Source of the DNA: Mobula hypostoma
Lineage: Eukaryota
Assembly (NCBI RefSeq): GCF_963921235.1
Contig: NC_086097.1
Coordinates: 208,198,001-208,262,000 of the forward strand
DNA length: 64,000 nucleotides
Direction: 5' to 3'
Shown: positions 62,625 to 64,000 of the stretch, piece by piece
Layout of the letters: each line of letters starts with the position of its first letter
Numbering within the stretch: position 1 is the stretch's first letter
Notes under the pieces: model-generated
Seen by the model: the letters and a program-made list of their open reading frames with translations, nothing else
The model's database searches: none
Told to the model about the DNA's origin: nothing
Translations under genes and position numbers: made by a program

Positions 62625-62820
62625 AACAGAAAGGCAGAAAATGCTGGCAAGATGCAACTGGTCAGGCAGCTCCTGTGGAAAAAGGAGCAGAGTTAACATT
62701 TCAGGTTGATGAAGTGTCTTTGAACTGAAATACTAACTACTTTTCCTTTTCTACAGGAGTTGCCATCAAAAGTGTTTCCATCATTTTCTGCTTTTATTTC
62801 ACATTTTCATCACTTGCGGC
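62625..62820. mobile_element. Ancient inverted Penelope terminal-repeat pair
   Basis: gcagaaaatgctggca...cattttctgc arms; central ttgatgaagtgtctttgaactgaaa resembles an eroded hammerhead core. Confidence 0.55.
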
Positions 62821-64000
62821 TATTTGATTTTCTAGAAAGGCAATTAGTTTGGTAGGTGAAAAATATATATATTATTAGCTACCATGTTACCATGTTTTGA
62901 ACCACTGTTGACTTTGCCACATATTTAATATCAAATTGGCATTTACAGACTAATCTACCTGCTGCACAGTTAAAAGGATAGTGAAATTACAGTGCAATTG
63001 CAATTAAAAAGTCTCGGAGATAAATTATTGACATTCTGCAATATTGATTATAGGCTATAGCAATCTTTAGCCTAATCGGCTAAGTGAGGTGCCTATACAG
63101 CTATGCGCATCTTACACTGTGAGTAAAATTAGGCGATCACTTTCAGCGGTGGTGAGAATAAAAGGACTGACTTGCTGCCGCAGGGAGGAGAAGGTGTCAG
63201 CTTTATTGAATATGATAGTGGAAAGCTCTCAACAAATGAAATGTACTGACAGGGTGGTGAAAGAATGTATTAAATGGGAGGGAAATTGGGGAGAAACTGC
63301 AGGGAAAAAAACATGAAGGGACTAGTCAAAAGTGGATGGAGGGTTCAAAGTTCTGTGAATGTGAGATAAGATGAGAGAAATTAAACGATGGCTGGAGGAT
63401 AGAAAAAGGCAAGAAAGTCCGGGGTTTGAAATCAGAGCTGCTGCCAGCAGAAAGACTGGATGTGCCACCTTCACAGTTGTTTTGGGTAGACTGTTAATTA
63501 CATTGGTAACTGTACTTGGGGAAATCGTATCAATGTAGAAAGATAGAAAATAACTGAAGGATTCAGGCTCTTACATAACAGCTTAAACCACCTCCAGGAA
63601 AATGGTTTATTTATTTTCCTCACTTCATACTTAATAGATAGAATGTCAGTGCTGGCAGTGTGTTTTGAATTTTCATTATTTCATTGTCTAATGGAAGTAA
63701 TGATGCTCAGTTAAGCTGCAAAGCTCCTGGACACGGACCTCTTTAAGATTTGGAATTGCTTTGCTTCATTCTGTTGTTAGACGGTTACTTTGAACATTGC
63801 ACCTTATTTGAATGGATTCTTCTGGCAGTCTCAATTAGATCTATCAGCAAATTGATGAATCTGGTCATTTCCACACAAACAACTATAACACTAATAATTA
63901 GTGAGGGAAAAGGTCCCAATGGGTGTACGAGGTTTCGTCGACTTGGAAGAAATGGTGATGGTGAAGCTCTGCGTGGAAAGGTCAGCGATCTGAGAGAACA

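Noticed and set aside
63750..64000. Open frame running off the window end (MNLVISTQ...KVSDLRE)
   Set aside because: No recognisable homology and no convincing splice or start context; needs the next window.
1..64000. CRISPR arrays, prokaryotic operons, rRNA or tRNA genes
   Set aside because: No regularly spaced repeat-spacer array or intact structural RNA gene seen; short tandem repeats are LINE tails.

Overview
Eukaryotic, repeat-dominated genomic DNA. The repeat complement (CR1 and Rex1/Babar LINEs, Penelope-like elements, HE1/V-SINE-like SINEs, Mag-type Ty3/Gypsy) suggests a cartilaginous fish, probably a ray; this is inferred, not proven. About 1-57.3 kb is nested, mostly decayed mobile elements, and almost all ORFs in the supplied track are TE fragments or their antisense shadows. 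I recognise no intact host protein-coding gene. The last ~6.7 kb is TE-poor and CpG-rich and looks like a promoter with non-coding 5' exons of an unidentified + strand gene. The most interesting signals are four. (1) Minimal hammerhead ribozyme motifs in Penelope terminal repeats, plus short fold-back (palindromic) insertions built around them with 12-14 bp target duplications. (2) A decayed twister-ribozyme-like motif at the exact 5' end of an RTE-derived SINE. (3) A Tigger deletion derivative that strongly resembles mammalian MER2 but keeps a transposase fragment. (4) A two-LTR Gypsy provirus interrupted by a CR1. Family names come from recalled motifs, not database searches.
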